NCBI GenBank assembly: GCA_038087875.1
Contig: CM075992.1
Location: forward strand, 4,962,001-5,026,000
Direction of reading: 5' to 3'
Source of the DNA: Malacoraja senta
Taxonomy: Eukaryota
DNA length: 64,000 bases
This document shows positions 37,279-50,325 of the stretch, in pieces; the first letter of the stretch is position 1, and the number at the start of each line of letters is the position of its first letter. The notes under the pieces were generated by a model that was not told where the DNA came from, searched no databases, and saw only the letters and a list, made by a program, of their open reading frames with translations. The position numbers and the translations under genes were made by a program.

Positions 37279-38322
37279 TAGGTATGTTACAAAACTTACC
37301 TTCAGCGGCGCTGCAGTTCTGTCACTGCCTGTGTGTGCGACTTTGGCGCCTTTGAGAGGGGGGCGGGTTTAAAATGCGATATTTCGGCAGCCTATTCAAA
37401 TCGATGTCTGTCAGGTAAATTAGCTGCAAAAGAAAAATCGCTTCGACTGCCGTTTTATTAAGTTTATTAAAATTAGCGCTGGATAATTAAATTGTTGGAG
37501 TAAAATTAAAATCATCTTCTAATGCCGTCAACGCCGACAACGGGACGGATTTCACGCACGGGACAAGGCAAGGTATGCCGTTTATTTTTTCATATAAACT
37601 TGCTTATTAGGATGCCCTTAATCAAAATTTCTCGTTGCGAAAATGTGACTATGTAAATATACCAACCGGCAGTATTTTTCTTGCCGATATTGGGTTTAAA
37701 TTCACTGCAACCGCAACGTTCCAAACCAGCGCGTTCCAAAAAAACCCACTTGCAAGATGATTTAAATGCCCATTAATTTACAGGAATTAAACACTAAATT
37801 CCTTCCATTTGGCCTATAAATTCATGACAATGAGATTTAAAAATCATGTTATATTGTGAATTCTTGTGTGAATGTTATTTGGACACTTAGGCTTTTTAAA
37901 AATGTTAACCTTTTCTTAAGAAATGGATAGATGTTTAGATCTAGTAATTGAATTTTGTAATTAGCTACAATTGGGTAACTAACTAATTATATGCTTTACT
38001 TTCAGGTCATCCAAGTAAAATTGTTTCATATTTGGTTCAGAATGCTTCAATCTATAATAACTGAAAATTTCTTTCAGTTCTCTTAATTATTTAGAAAGTT
38101 ATGGGCTTTTGACTGTCCTTGATCACAGCTTTTGTGTTAAGTCAATGGAAAAGCAATAGGGAGCAAGATGCTAATTTCCGAGTATGAAAATGGCCATAAC
38201 CTTTTTAATACTGAAGATATGAAAGTGAATTAGGTGTCAAATTAAACTTCTTTTTATGCTTTATCTGATGGGATAAATTGCAGACTTGATTTTTAAAATC
38301 TCACAATTTTGTAACATTGCTA
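37279..38322. mobile_element. Non-autonomous DNA transposon (~1044 bp) with imperfect TIRs and a 7-bp TSD
   Basis: Left TAGGTATGTTACAAAA, right TTTTGTAACATTGCTA; TTATAAT at 37272-78 and 38323-29. Confidence 0.8.
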
Positions 38323-39019
38323 TTATAATGTATCTGTACTGCAATGGCTCGATTGGAATCATGTGTTGTCTTTCTGCTGACTGGATAGCAGGCAACAAAA
38401 GCTCTTCACTGTACCTCGGTTCACGTGACAATAATCAAAAAGGAACTGAGCTTTACTGCCAGTGATTCATTGTTGGGGAAGATCATTAAAATATGAAGTT
38501 CAAGGGTGGTTCAAATGCAATTTAAAACATTGGAAATGAATGAAATGCCTTTATTTGTCATTGTAAGCACTGCATACAACATATTTGCCACTCCATTGGT
38601 GCATAATATACAAACATAAAAACACAGCACACAATTTAAAAACAATGTTGAAAACTAGGTATTAAAATAAGTAAGTAATCAGTACTGTACATGGTGATAG
38701 TAAAGTTCAAGGTGGGTAGCAGCATGGAAGAGTGCAGCATGAATAATACTCAGTGTTTTTTCATGTTGAATGTGAAGATTGCTTTGGGGAAGAAACTGTC
38801 TCTGAGTCTGCATAGTGAATGAATAAATGATACATTATCGTCAAATGTACCTAGGTACAATATTACCAAAACAAATGATTGGGAACTGAGATGCGCTAGA
38901 TTCTTGTGTGTGTGGTGCACATTCTCTTCGGTTCTACCTCATGCTACAAAATGGAGTTCCCATTTTGCCTAGCGGGTGTTGCAGGAGTTTGCCCATTCTT
39001 ATTTCAATCACAAAACATG

Positions 39020-39346
39020 GGTCTCTTTGCCAACTCTTTCTTTAGCCTTGCTATCAGCACGGTGGCGCAGCGGTAGAGTTGCTGCCTTACAGAGCTTGCA
39101 GCGGCGGAGACCCGGGTTCGATCCCGACTACGGGTGCTGTGTGTACGTTCTCCCCGTGGCCACGTGGGTTTTCTCCGATACCTTCGGTTTCCCTCCCACG
39201 CTCCATAGACGGACAGGTTTGTAGGTTAATTGGTTTGGTATAGATGTAAAAATTGTTCCTAGTGTAGGATAGTGTTAATGTGCGGGGATTGCTGGTCGGT
39301 GTGGACTCAGTGGGGCCGAAGGGCCTGTTTCCCCGCTGTATCTCTA
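39020..39346 (+). mobile_element. V-SINE (HE1-like)
   Basis: gcacggtggcgcagcggtagag...gggttcgatccc, then V-domain and tail. Confidence 0.85.
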
Positions 39347-39594
39347 AAAATAAATGATTGTGCACCTTCTCCGACCTGCTCCATCCACTTGATGGATACT
39401 ACAATGCCCAATTTGACTGTGTATGTCGGCAGTTTTTATCTTCTCTTGAGTCAGGGGTTTTAAGCTGCTTGATGTTATAAGTAATTGCATGGGACATGCT
39501 GCCACTGGCCATTGCTGCATGACTTCAACGGTTGACGTCGACAAATTCAGCGTAAAATACATGGGGTTATTCTGCCTGAGGTTTTATTGTCAGG

Positions 39595-40170
39595 CAGCAC
39601 GGAAACAAGTTCTTCAGCCCGACTCGTCCCTGCCGACGAAGATGACTGATCTAAACTAGTCCCATTTGCCTGCATTTGGCACAAATCAATTTAAACTTTT
39701 CCTATCCATGTACCTGTCCAAGTGCCTTTTAACTATTGTTATTGGACCTGCCTCAACTACCCCCTCTGGCAGCTCATTCAATATATCCACCACCTTCTGA
39801 GTGAAAAAGTTGCCTCTCAGTTTCCTATTAACTCTTAGGTAGACACAAAATGCTGGAGTAACTCATCGGGACAGGCAGCATCTCTGGAGAGAAGGAATGG
39901 GTGGCGTTTTGGATCGAGACCCATCTTCAGATTAATAGATCTTCATATTAATTATTTCTACTCTCACCTTAAACCAATGTCCTCTGGGTCTTGATTTGTT
40001 TTCACTGGGTAAAAGACTCTGTGCATTTAACCGATCTATTCGCCTTACACTTTTATATACCTCTATATAAAATCATCCCTTCGCCTCCTGTGCTCCAAGG
40101 AATAAAGTCTTAGCTTTCCCAATCTCGATTTAGCCGAGGGCCTCGAGTCCTGGCCACATCCGAGTAAATC
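39595..40170 (-). mobile_element. CR1-like LINE 3' fragment with a nested Penelope-derived repeat
   Basis: cctgcctcaactacc...gaaaaagttgcc; insertion at ~39838-39930. Confidence 0.75.
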
Positions 40171-40782
40171 TGCCTTTGTTTTCCACTTGGCTTTGTTCTT
40201 CGATTGGAGACCACAGTGTATATGGGTGATAGCTTCTTATTTATGCAGTTTTGCACTGTAGTCAACCATTAAGGAATTTAATGGATGACATTTGAGTGGG
40301 CTGTTTTATCTGTGATGACAAGCCTGTGACCACCAGGAAAGGGGAATTAATTCCATGAAAGTCGAGGGAATTCAAGAAGACTTGGAATGGAATTCATTGC
40401 CACAGACGGCTGTGGAGGCCACGTCAATTGATATTTTTAAGGCGGAGATTGACAAATTCTTGATTAGTACGGGTGTCGGGGGCTATGGGGAGAAGGCAGG
40501 AGAATGGGGTTGTGAGGGAAAGATAGATCAGCCATGATTGAATGGCGGAGTAGGCATGTTCCGAGACCTTATTTCCTCATTGATTTTTGTTCCATTTGTC
40601 AGCTTGCGTCTGATTTGGAGATACAAGCAGTCGATGCCGCCCATTCCCATTCTTCAATACGCCTCATTCTCGTCCCTCGTCCTTGATTGAAACTTCCCAC
40701 TGTTGGGATGTGAGGCAGAAACTCCCGAAGTTTTAACCCTGCTCCCGGACCCACGATTCTGATGCTTGTTTTAATTTTACAG

Positions 40783-40924
40783 GGATGATGATGATGAGGA
40801 GGATGCCAGCAAGAAGGATACTCCCTCAGTGCTGACTTACTTCCAGCGCAAGTCCGAAGACCCAAAAGTTCAGCCCCATCGCTTCTTCACTGAGAGGAAG
40901 CTGGTCTCTCTTGCCAATCTATGA
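40783..40924 (+). CDS. RNASEH2A: RNase H2A coding exon 8 (with stop)
   Basis: ttttacag|(W)DDDDEEDASKKDTPSVLTYFQRKSEDPKVQPHRFFTERKLVSLANL*; total CDS 906 nt = 301 aa. Confidence 0.95.
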
Positions 40925-41517
40925 ACTCGCCAACCATTTTGTTTCTCTGTACCGGGGGCAGATGCAAAACACATTCTCAAATCGTTCTGCGGGGGAACAA
41001 AGTAACTGGTGGGGAGTTGAGCCTTTCCAAAACGTAGTGCATTGGTTCATCAGCGAGCAGTGATAGAACATAGACGCGTAGAAGGCTATATTAACCTAAG
41101 ACTGATGCTTCATGCAGAGTTCTCCAATTTCAAGTAACCCTTGCATTCTCTTTCTCTCTCCCATCCCTCCCCCATCTTGGTCATCGAACTAGTTTCACTG
41201 CCGTCCTGCTGAGTTTTACTGTTGGTATCCACACCACAGCCAACAATGGACCATTGTGGGCTCCACCTTTCTTTGATCATTGTCGCTGGCTTCGGTGTGT
41301 CCTTTTGCATACCTTTCATTCATTTGTTCTTTCTACCTTTTCATATCTCTCGTTTCCCTCTCCCCTGACTCTCGGTCGGAAGGAGGGTCTCGACCCGAAA
41401 ACATCACCTCTTCCTTTTCTCCAGAGATCCTGCCTGACCCGCTGAGTTACTCCAGCATTTTGTGTCTATCTTTGGCATATTGCAGTATCTCCACAAGTTC
41501 CCAAGTTTTACGAGTAA

Positions 41518-41853
41518 AATTAGGCCATTCGGCCCATCGAGTCTACTCTGCCATTCAATCATGGCTGTTCTCTGCCTCCTAATCCAATTTTCCTACCTTC
41601 TCCTCATAACCATTGACACCCATTATAATCAAGAATTTGTCCATCTCTGCCTTAAAAATACCCACTGACATGGCCTCCACAGCCCTCTGTGGCAATGAAT
41701 TCCACAGATTACTACCCTCGGACTAAATAGGTTACTCCTCACCTCCTTCCTAAAAAAGCGGCCTTTAATTCTGAGGCTGTGACATCTGGTCCTGGACTCT
41801 CCCACCAGTGGAAACATCCTTTCCACATCCACTCTATCTATGCCTTTCATTAT
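41518..41853 (-). mobile_element. CR1-like LINE 3' end in the probable RNASEH2A 3' UTR
   Basis: MKGIDRVDVERMFPLVGESRTRCHSLRIKG. Confidence 0.85.
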
Positions 41854-42771
41854 TGCATCTTGTTGAATACTTTTGCTGTATCACAGGCCTCAATTAAGAT
41901 ACAGCCTCTCTCCTAATGACCTTGTTGTGATTCTCTCAAGAATACTGACTGAAGATTTGCTCCTCAGCTTTGACCAGTGCGTCGGTGACTGGGAGGCATG
42001 TGTTGTTCTTGTCGATCTTCCTCACTCCCAGGTGGGAGATGTCAGTCTGCCTTCATTTAATAAGGACCCTTTCCGAGGAATAGTGAACTTGTCTCTGAAC
42101 TCTATGTTGCAGTGCTCTGGAACGGTAAATTGGAGCGGTCCTCATTGATATGCAGAGCCGACTTGTCGAAGATGAGATCATTTGCAACTGACTCTGTGTG
42201 AGAACTTCGAAATGACACCAATAAAATATTGCCTGTTGGAGCTGAACTCCCGATATTTTGAATATTGGTAAATGGAGTACGACTGTGAATTAGACTCGAA
42301 GGTAGACACAAAATGCTGGAGTAACTCAGCGGGACAGGCAGCATCTCTGGAGAGAAGGAATGGGTGACGTTTCGGTTGAGACCCTTCTTCACACTGAGAG
42401 ATGCTGCCTGTCCCACTGAGTTACTCCAGCATTTTGCGTCTATCTTCGATTTAAACCAGCATCTGCAGTTATTTCCGACACATAGTGAATTAGACTCCAT
42501 AGGATTTCAGTTAATTAACAGCTGTCCTGTCATAACGTTGACAGGTTTATCACGGGAAGGGGAGCATTTACAAGTGACAATTTATAGTTCCACCTAAAGT
42601 GCATGACAAGTGAAGTGTGAGTCTTGAACGTTGCTATAGCAATCTCTTGTCACTTAATAAATCGCTCGGTGTACACCCAAATAATATTTCATCTCACTCA
42701 TAGTTACTCCCTTGCTTTGCTATCACTGCTCCTGTTCCATCTTTCGTATGTTTTTAATATCCGTATATGTG

Positions 42772-42777
42772 AATAAA
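42772..42777 (+). terminator. Candidate polyadenylation signal for RNASEH2A (alternatives 42220, 42656)
   Basis: AATAAA after a U-rich unique tract; not confirmed by transcript data. Confidence 0.45.
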
Positions 42778-43000
42778 TAGCTTTTGCTATCAAGCATGGT
42801 CCATGATTCATTGTTCAATCTCTGAACAAATGTGTTTCACAACTTGGTATGGGTTGATTCTAAGATGGCATTGTACCAGTGTTATAGCCTGAGTGTGAAG
42901 GATGCTGGCAAGGTTGATAAAAGGAGTGGGACTAAGTTAATTCTTTCAATGCTGCATAGAAAAGTGAGACGGCAGATTACTGATTTGTTAAAAGGATTGA

Positions 43001-43290
43001 GTTTAGTTTAGTTTCGAGGTACAGTGCAGTTACAGGGCACTTCGGCCCACCGAGTCCACACCAACCAGCGGGCACCGTGTATTAACGCTATCCTACACAC
43101 ACTAAGGGCAATTTTCACTTATACCAAGCCAATTAACCTACAAACCTGCATGCCTTTGGAGTGTGGAAGGAGAAACCCCACGCACGTCACGGGGAGAACG
43201 TACAAACTCCGTACAGACAGCACCCATAGTCAGGATCGAACCTGGGTCACTGGCGCTGTGAGGCAGCAACTCGACCGCTGCGCCACCGTG
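43001..43290 (-). mobile_element. V-SINE (HE1-like)
   Basis: Matches the other SINE copies. Confidence 0.85.
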
Positions 43291-43494
43291 TGATTGAGAG
43301 TATTTTAATTTTCAGTGAAACAGAGTTCCAACCACATCTGCTCCAGAGGTGATACCTTTGCACCAAACTGGCGCAGTGTTGCATGTTCTGTTGCTGGGAT
43401 GCAGTGGGGGGAAATGCAGTTTTCTTTCATGTAATGGTGGCCTCTGACAATTACTTTAAACCCACCCCTCAGCACTTTCACTTGGAGTAAACAA

Positions 43495-43937
43495 GCATGG
43501 AAACAGGCCCTTCAGCCCAGCTTGCCCACACTGACCAACATGTCCCATCTACACCAGTCCCACTTGCTTGTGTTTGGGCCATATCCTTCTAAAGCTGTCT
43601 GATCCATGTCTAAACCTTTATTAAATGTTGCGATGGTACATGCCTCATCTACCTCCTCCTGCAGCTTGTTCCATGCACCCACCATCCTTTGTGTAAATAA
43701 TATGTAACCCCTCAGGTTCCTATTAAATCCCCCCCTCACTTTAAACCTATGTCCTCTGATTCTCAATTTCCCTACTCTGGGCAAGAAACTGTGTTTCTAT
43801 TCAATCTATTCCTCTCATTATTCTGTATACATCTAACAAATCACTCCCTCCTCCTCCTGCTTTCCAAGGAATAGTCCTAGCCTGCTTATCCTCTCCCTGT
43901 AGCTCAGCCCCTCGAGTCCTGACAACACCCTCGTAAA
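43495..43937 (-). mobile_element. CR1-like LINE 3' end
   Basis: RGHRFKVRGG...FTQRMVGAWNKLQEEVDEA. Confidence 0.85.
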
Positions 43938-44119
43938 AGGTGAAAGTTAATTACTGTAATGTAATAATTCAATATATTTGTTTAAACATATTAGATATAT
44001 TGTGAGTATTTTCACATTGAGTGAAATGAAATGAACTACATATTACACAAATGCTAAATATGGAGGAATATCAAAGTGGGCAGATAATAGGTGGCCAACT
44101 TGTGCCACCTATAAAAAGG

Positions 44120-44433
44120 GCAGCACGATGGCGCAGCGGAAGAGTTGCTGCCTTACAGCGCCAGGTTCGACCAGGTTCGATCCTGACTACAGGTGCTGTC
44201 TGTGCAGAGTTTGTACGTTCTCCCTGTGACTTGCGTGGGTTTTCTCCGAGATCATCGGTTTCCTCCCACATTCCAAAGACGTGCAGGTTTACAGGTTAAA
44301 AATCAAGTTAAAGTCAAATTTATTCGTTAATGGGCTTGGTATAAATGTAAATTGTCCCTGGTGTGTTAATGTGCGGGGATCGCTGGTCGGCGCAGGCCGA
44401 AGGGCCTGTTTCCATGCTGTATCTCTAAACTAA
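44120..44433 (+). mobile_element. V-SINE (HE1-like)
   Basis: Head gggcagcacgatggcgcagcgg, B box ggttcgatcc. Confidence 0.85.
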
Positions 44434-45118
44434 AGGTAAGAGGGACAAAAGCTCGTATCTAATGTTAAAGGAAGTAAACACTGTTTGGAAACCTTATAAT
44501 TTACATAAAATTAATTTGTAATCTAAGAATACAGTTCATGCGAGAGTTTCCATTAAAAGAAAATCAGTCATATGAAACCAAAATCTAGTCATTGCATCTT
44601 GTACCATCAGTGTCATTCTTAACTGCTTGGTGAGTGCACTGTTTTCACGTTGGGCTGGCAGTGTAATGGTTTGGCCCCCAGGGGCGTTGGGACATTTTGT
44701 TCCCCTTGTTAATAATTACAGGGAATGGATGGCACTGTTGGCGAACAGATGGTTCTCTGATCAGTGTCTGAAACTTCGGACAGGTACTGAACTGAATGCA
44801 CCCATGGGTGACAACACTGACATAACATTCCAAACTGATTTTTGTTATAGCAGAAGCCATCTTCTGCCATCTGACTCCTGAACCCATCACCTCTTTCACG
44901 CCTTTTTCCCAGAGGTACCTCCACATACTCTCAACTCCACCTCATTCTGTTATTCTATTTTTGTACTTTAATATTTTGTTTAGTTTCGAGATACAGCGCG
45001 GAAACAGGCCCTTCGGCTCACTGAGTCCCCACCGACCAGAGATCCCCGTGCACTAACGCCAACCTACCGACACTGGGGACAATTTATACTTAGACCAAGC
45101 CAATTAACCTACAAACCA

Positions 45119-45384
45119 GAGGTACACAAAAATGCTGGAGAAACTCAGCGGGTGCAGCAGCATCTATGGAGCGAAGGAAATAGGCAACGTTTCGGGCCGA
45201 AACCCTTCTTCAGTCTGAAGAAGGGTTTCGGCCCGAAACGTTGCCTATTTCCTTCGGTCTGAAGAAGGGTTTCGGCCCGAAACGTTGCCTATTTCCTTCG
45301 CTCCATAGATGCTGCTGCACCCGCTGAGTTTCTCCAGCATTTTTGTGTACCTTCGATTTTCCAGCATCTGCAGTTCCTTCTTTA
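45119..45384. mobile_element. Palindromic Penelope-derived insert with tandem hammerhead cores, inside a V-SINE (44978-45542)
   Basis: Inverted arms 45119-45213 / 45214-45354; CTGAAGAAGGGTTTCGGCCCGAAACGTT twice on + (~45215, ~45259) and once on -. Confidence 0.85.
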
Positions 45385-45856
45385 ACAACCTACAAACCAG
45401 TATGTCCGGAGTGTGAGAGGAAACCAAAGATCTCCGAGAAAACCCACGAGGAGAGCGTACAGACAGCTCCTGTGGGCAGGATCGAACCCGGGTCTCCAGC
45501 GCTGTAAGCGCTGTAAGGCATCAACTCTACCACTGCACCACCTTGTGTTAATGTTATCCAGAGACATAGAGAACGGGTGACGTTTCATGGCCGCTAAACT
45601 GGTTAGTCCATCCACTGGTAACCCATATATTATGCACCTAGCGTAACTTGGCCGGCGCAGTGGTCGCAGCTGATAGAGCTGCAGCCTTGCAGCACTGGTG
45701 CTGCCTGCATAGAGCAGCACAGCAGCTGGCTGAGCGGGTTGCCACTAGGTTCTTGTGAAGGAAGGAACTGCAGATGCTGGTTTACACTGAAGATGCACTG
45801 AAGCTCCGCAAAATACTAAAAAGCAGTGAAGCCCTACTCCTCGATGTGAATGCTAA

Positions 45857-46212
45857 ACGGCCTGTCCCACTGTACGAGGTAAATCAAGAGTTCTCCCGAG
45901 TTTTCCTCTGATTCGATCTCGGAGAATGTCCACAGCGGGTCCGTAGGAGCTCGTGGATGTCTCGTAGCGGCTCGTACGAGTAACGGTAGGTACTTGGGAA
46001 ATCCGGTAAACTCGTGACGTTTTTTCAACACTGTGAAAAATGGCCACGAGTAAAAAAAATACTCGTGATGAAAAAAATTGTTACTTTTTACTCGTACGAA
46101 CCGCTACGAGACATCCACGTACTCTTACGGACCCGCTATGGGCAATCTCCCAGTTCGAATCGGGAAAACTCGGGAGAACTGTCAAATTACCTTGTACAGT
46201 GGGAGAGGCCCT
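45857..46212. mobile_element. PIF/Harbinger-type MITE
   Basis: acggcctgtcccactgtacgaggtaa ... ttaccttgtacagtgggagaggccct; TAA TSD at 45854-56 and 46213-15. Confidence 0.88.
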
Positions 46213-47572
46213 TAAGGCAGTATCAGCAATTTCTACCAGTCTGAAGAACTTAAAAATGGGCACAAAGTGCATAGAATAACTCGAAGGGCCATTTCTGATT
46301 TCCAGCATCTGTTATAATTTACTTGAAGTGAGGGGAATCACCAATATGAGAACAAAGCGAGGATAGTTAAGTAAGGAATTGGGGCAGATGAATGGAGTTC
46401 AGCTACAAGGTGGATTGGGTGATGTTTCAGGGCAAGACCCTTCTTCAGTGACAGTCAGGTGGTTGTGTGGTTACTTAAGTTGCAAACATAATTTGCACAA
46501 TTGGCATGGTAGAACAATCTATCAGTAATTTAACCATTTTACTTATGAAGTGGTGCAGATTTTTTCCATTTTGGGCATCCACAGACTAGGTATGGCACAG
46601 TTACTTGCAGAGTTTATCCCCCAGTGCTGCAGCTGAGAAAATCTTCCCGAATCCTTAGCATTGGCCCTTCAGTTGTGTTAAACTGTGATTACAAACATGG
46701 AGGAACTGCACCCTATGCTGTTGTGCTGTTGATCCACTTCTGAAGGCAGCGGATTAATCCAACCTAAACTCATTTATTTTGTTTTCAAGTCGATGATCTG
46801 AGGAATCGCTTTGTGTGCTCAGTATCTTTTACCATTTTCAATCCAAAAAGAATGTGGAAACTCAGTCATTAACTAGTGCCTGGTGCATCTGGATAAGAGT
46901 TGATTCTCTTGAAATTCAAGATGACAATCCCACAGTGTGATACAGAGTAGAAACAGAGATTTAAGAGAATAAAATGGCTGCAGCATTTGACTGCAGTACT
47001 ATATAAGATATTTGACTGCAGTACTATATAAGATATTTCTCAATGGTAGCCTCTAGATTAGCATTAAAATATATTAAGTTTAGCAAAAACAATATCTTAA
47101 GCAAATCTTTTAAATATGTACTGTTTCAGGTCAGTTTAGTTTATTGTCACATGTGCCAAGATACAGTGAAATTTTTTGCATGCTATCCAGTCAGTCACAG
47201 GTGACGATAAATAAACTAAAAACTATGTAATTCAGGAGGCCATCAGGCTTCTGAACTCATAAACACATCATATATGTTGATTATTTTATTTATTATTGCC
47301 TTTTACCTACCAATGTCACTTATCTTATCTTTTTTAAAATCTTATTTTCATCCTCGTAATATCTTATTTTTATCTTATTTTCATCCATGTAATATAATTG
47401 CTGAGGTGACCCGTTGTCTTGTCAAACACATTTCATTGTACCGTTGCCCCTGTGTTAACCTACATATGACAAATAAAACTGAACTGAACTGAGGGAGATT
47501 TAAGGAGTTTCACGTTCTTTCGCATTAATAAAACTTCACGACATTGGCATCTTTATCACCACGTTTCCCATT

Positions 47573-47578
47573 TTTATT
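47573..47578 (-). terminator. Candidate polyadenylation signal of rtbdn (implies a ~4.2-kb 3' UTR)
   Basis: AATAAA on -, preceded on - by U-rich/UGUA-containing unique sequence (47580-47800). Confidence 0.5.
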
Positions 47579-50186
47579 AGTAAATCTTACAGTTCTTTGG
47601 AATTGCACAACATCAGTAGTACAGAGACAGATAACTGGTTAATAAAAATACAGAAGCAGAAACAACAAAAGTGCACTATCCATTTATACAAAGACAACTA
47701 TATCTTAATGTTCCTGTCTATAGCACAAACTGCACAGGGCCAGAATCCACAGCAAATGGACTTTATACCAACAAGCACCAGACACCACAGCAGGAACTTT
47801 GTCTAAAATACATAATAAAAGGCTGCAGGAATGTTTTTATTTATAATTTTGAAAGCACTAGATCAGGGCATGTTGCTAGCGTATTGTGTGAATGGGAGTA
47901 TATTGGTAATCAAGACCAAAGCAAACTGCAACACAAGAACCTCCTTCACCTAATGGCAGGAGACACAATTGACGTCTGAAGTTGAAGGGGATTAGTGTTG
48001 CAGGAAAATTGGTGATTTGTACATTAATTCTATGGAATAGGGATATAGTGATACATTAGAGTGATACAGTGCAGAAATAGGCCCTTTAGCCCAACTTGCC
48101 CACACCGGCCAACATGTCCAAGCTACACTAGTCCCAACTTGCCCATACCTGCCAGCATTTGGACCAGATCCCTCCAAACCTGTCCTATCCATGATGGTCT
48201 GAGGAAACATTTGTATTGAGTCCAGCCAAGCTTGGATAAGTCATCAACCCATTCTACCACCACATTCCCCATTTCTAATTAGGACTTTCTATAAAAATAA
48301 CCAAAAAAATGTAGGTTTGCTCCACAATAGTTTACGCAAACACTAAATCGAGCAGAAAACTTAACTCCATTAAACTTTCAGCCAAGATATTCAGAGTTCA
48401 AATTCTATCAGTTTATGTGAATGACCATTAGTGGAGTGTTACTGAATAAACTGTATACTTCACTATGTTTCTGGTGGTTTTCATTTATCATTTATATTCC
48501 AAGAAAATATATAGTAGGCTAACAAAAGCAAGGACAATACTCCCCATGGTTCAGAGTTTGGGTTAGCAACGCAGTAAAAAAGACACCCTCTGTAATTTTA
48601 ATTCATCTCTGCAAGGACAATATTATATCTGTGTATTAGCTTGTTCCTGTTCAGTTTTAATTATTTTATTCAATATCTGATAGAATTTTTTAAGAAAACA
48701 AAAAATGTTCTGTTCAGCAAAAATAACTACTTTAATAGTGTACACAAAATGCTGGAGTAACTCAGCTGGAGTAACTCAGGCAGAGAGAAGGAATGGGTGA
48801 CGTTTCGGGTCGAGACCCTGCTTCAGACTGAGAGTCAGGGGAGAGGGAAACGAGAGAAATAGACAATGGACAATAGACAATAGGTGCAGGAGTAGGCCAT
48901 TCGGCCCTTCGAGCCAGTACCGTCATTCAATGTGATCATGGCTGATCATCCCCAATCAGTACCCCTGGAAATGGAAGGGTTAAAAAGGTGTGACGCAAAA
49001 TGCTGGAGTAACTCATTTAATGGTGTGTTGTCTCCCTGGAAAATGTGCCATTTGCAAAGCAAAATATCTCTGGGCCTGATGGATAAGTTGAGGGTTGAAG
49101 CAGCATATGTACAACTCGAGACAGCTGGCCAGTGGAGAGGAGTTGTTGTCAGGGTGCTGAATAGTTGTTTGAACTACAGCAGTGAAAGTGCCGAGAATTA
49201 AGTGGAAAGCAAAAGTTTAAATTTGTGGGCATCATAAAGCAAAAGGGCACATGACACACAAACCCATGAATTAAGTGTTTCATTTAAATGTATTCTATCC
49301 AAGATGGCATCCGTCCAACCCGGTCAACTCTTTGTGTACTAGTCACAGAAGTGGATCTGCAATCACGCATTACAATGACTCATCTTGCCCACTTTACCCT
49401 TATGTAATTAAACAGGTGACAAGGGGGACATTTAAATCTATTCGTTGCAGCATTCTTTGACAGCTTGTAATATCAAGCTAACTGGTTATATCTGCATTAT
49501 TTGTCGTTGATCCAACTGTTCTGAAATTATATGGAATGCTACAGTTTAGAGTGCAGTTCATTTCAGTGCCGTTAACGTACAGAGCCGCACATCTTTGCAA
49601 CGTGAGAGAAAGCCAGAGAACCTGGAGGCACCGTCATTGGGAGAACGGTCGAACTCTACACAGACAACACTTGAGGTCAGGATCAAACTCAGGTCTCTGG
49701 CGCCGTGAGGCAGCAGCTCTACCCTTGTGCCTCCGTGCCACCCTAGGGATGCGACTAAGAATCTCCTTTCCATTCCACAATTAGTATTGGTTTATTATTG
49801 TCCCGGGTACTAAGATACAGTGAAAATAGGCGCAAAAGAATGGGAAATATAACCTGTACAAAATAACCCTATAACTCAAGTCTTATTGTGTTAGGTGTCC
49901 AATGTAAATGCTCATGCTTCGCTCTAAACAGGTGATAGAAGAAGGGCAAAGAACTTTCGGGCAAAACAAATGACAATTTTCAGGCATCTAATAATTTGTT
50001 GCTATAATGCAGGAGGGTTTGTAGAATTGTCCCAAGGACCGAGGCTGTAAAATGACCACCCGGCGTTCAATAAAGAAACTAAATGATGTTTGAAGAGATC
50101 ATAGTTTTGCCAACTGGAGACTCTCATGCTGCTCGCAAAATGTGTGATTGTAAATTAATATTTATATTTGCTATCAGCTTTGTGAG

Positions 50187-50240
50187 GGGGTGGGAGATTG
50201 CAACCTTCACGTGGTCCGCCCTGTTTCGACGAATGCAATC
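50187..50240 (+). ncRNA. Minimal HDV-like (CPEB3-type) self-cleaving ribozyme
   Basis: P1 GGGGUGG/CCGCCCU (G1-U wobble), P2 GAUUGCA/UGCAAUC, P3 ACC/GGU, L3 UUCACGU, J4/2 CGAA; P4 reduced to UUCGA. Confidence 0.85.
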
Positions 50241-50325
50241 AACCTGGCGTGCACAATCAAATAAGATCAAATAGAACAAGTTGTCCTACAACTTTAGGCT
50301 GTGCACGCCATACGCTAGAAGAAGA
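50187..50325 (+). mobile_element. Ribozyme-headed short retroposon with (GAA)n tail
   Basis: TSD AGCTTTGTGAG(G) at 50176-50186/7 and 50326-50336/7; 11-bp stem 50245-55/50300-10; tail agaagaaga. Confidence 0.85.

Noticed and set aside
39057..39130. tRNA-like A/B-box sequences
   Set aside because: SINE heads continuing into V-domain and LINE-like tails, not tRNA genes.
40820..40845. PIP-box-like TPSVLTYF in the RNase H2A tail
   Set aside because: Lacks the conserved Gln; the eukaryotic PIP box is on RNASEH2B.
41370..41410. Hammerhead-like motif in sense in the RNASEH2A 3' UTR
   Set aside because: Core is mutated (CGGAAGG instead of CTGAAGA; stem III altered), so predicted inactive.
46986..47037. 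25-bp perfect tandem duplication
   Set aside because: Simple slippage duplication in intergenic AT-rich DNA with no further structure.
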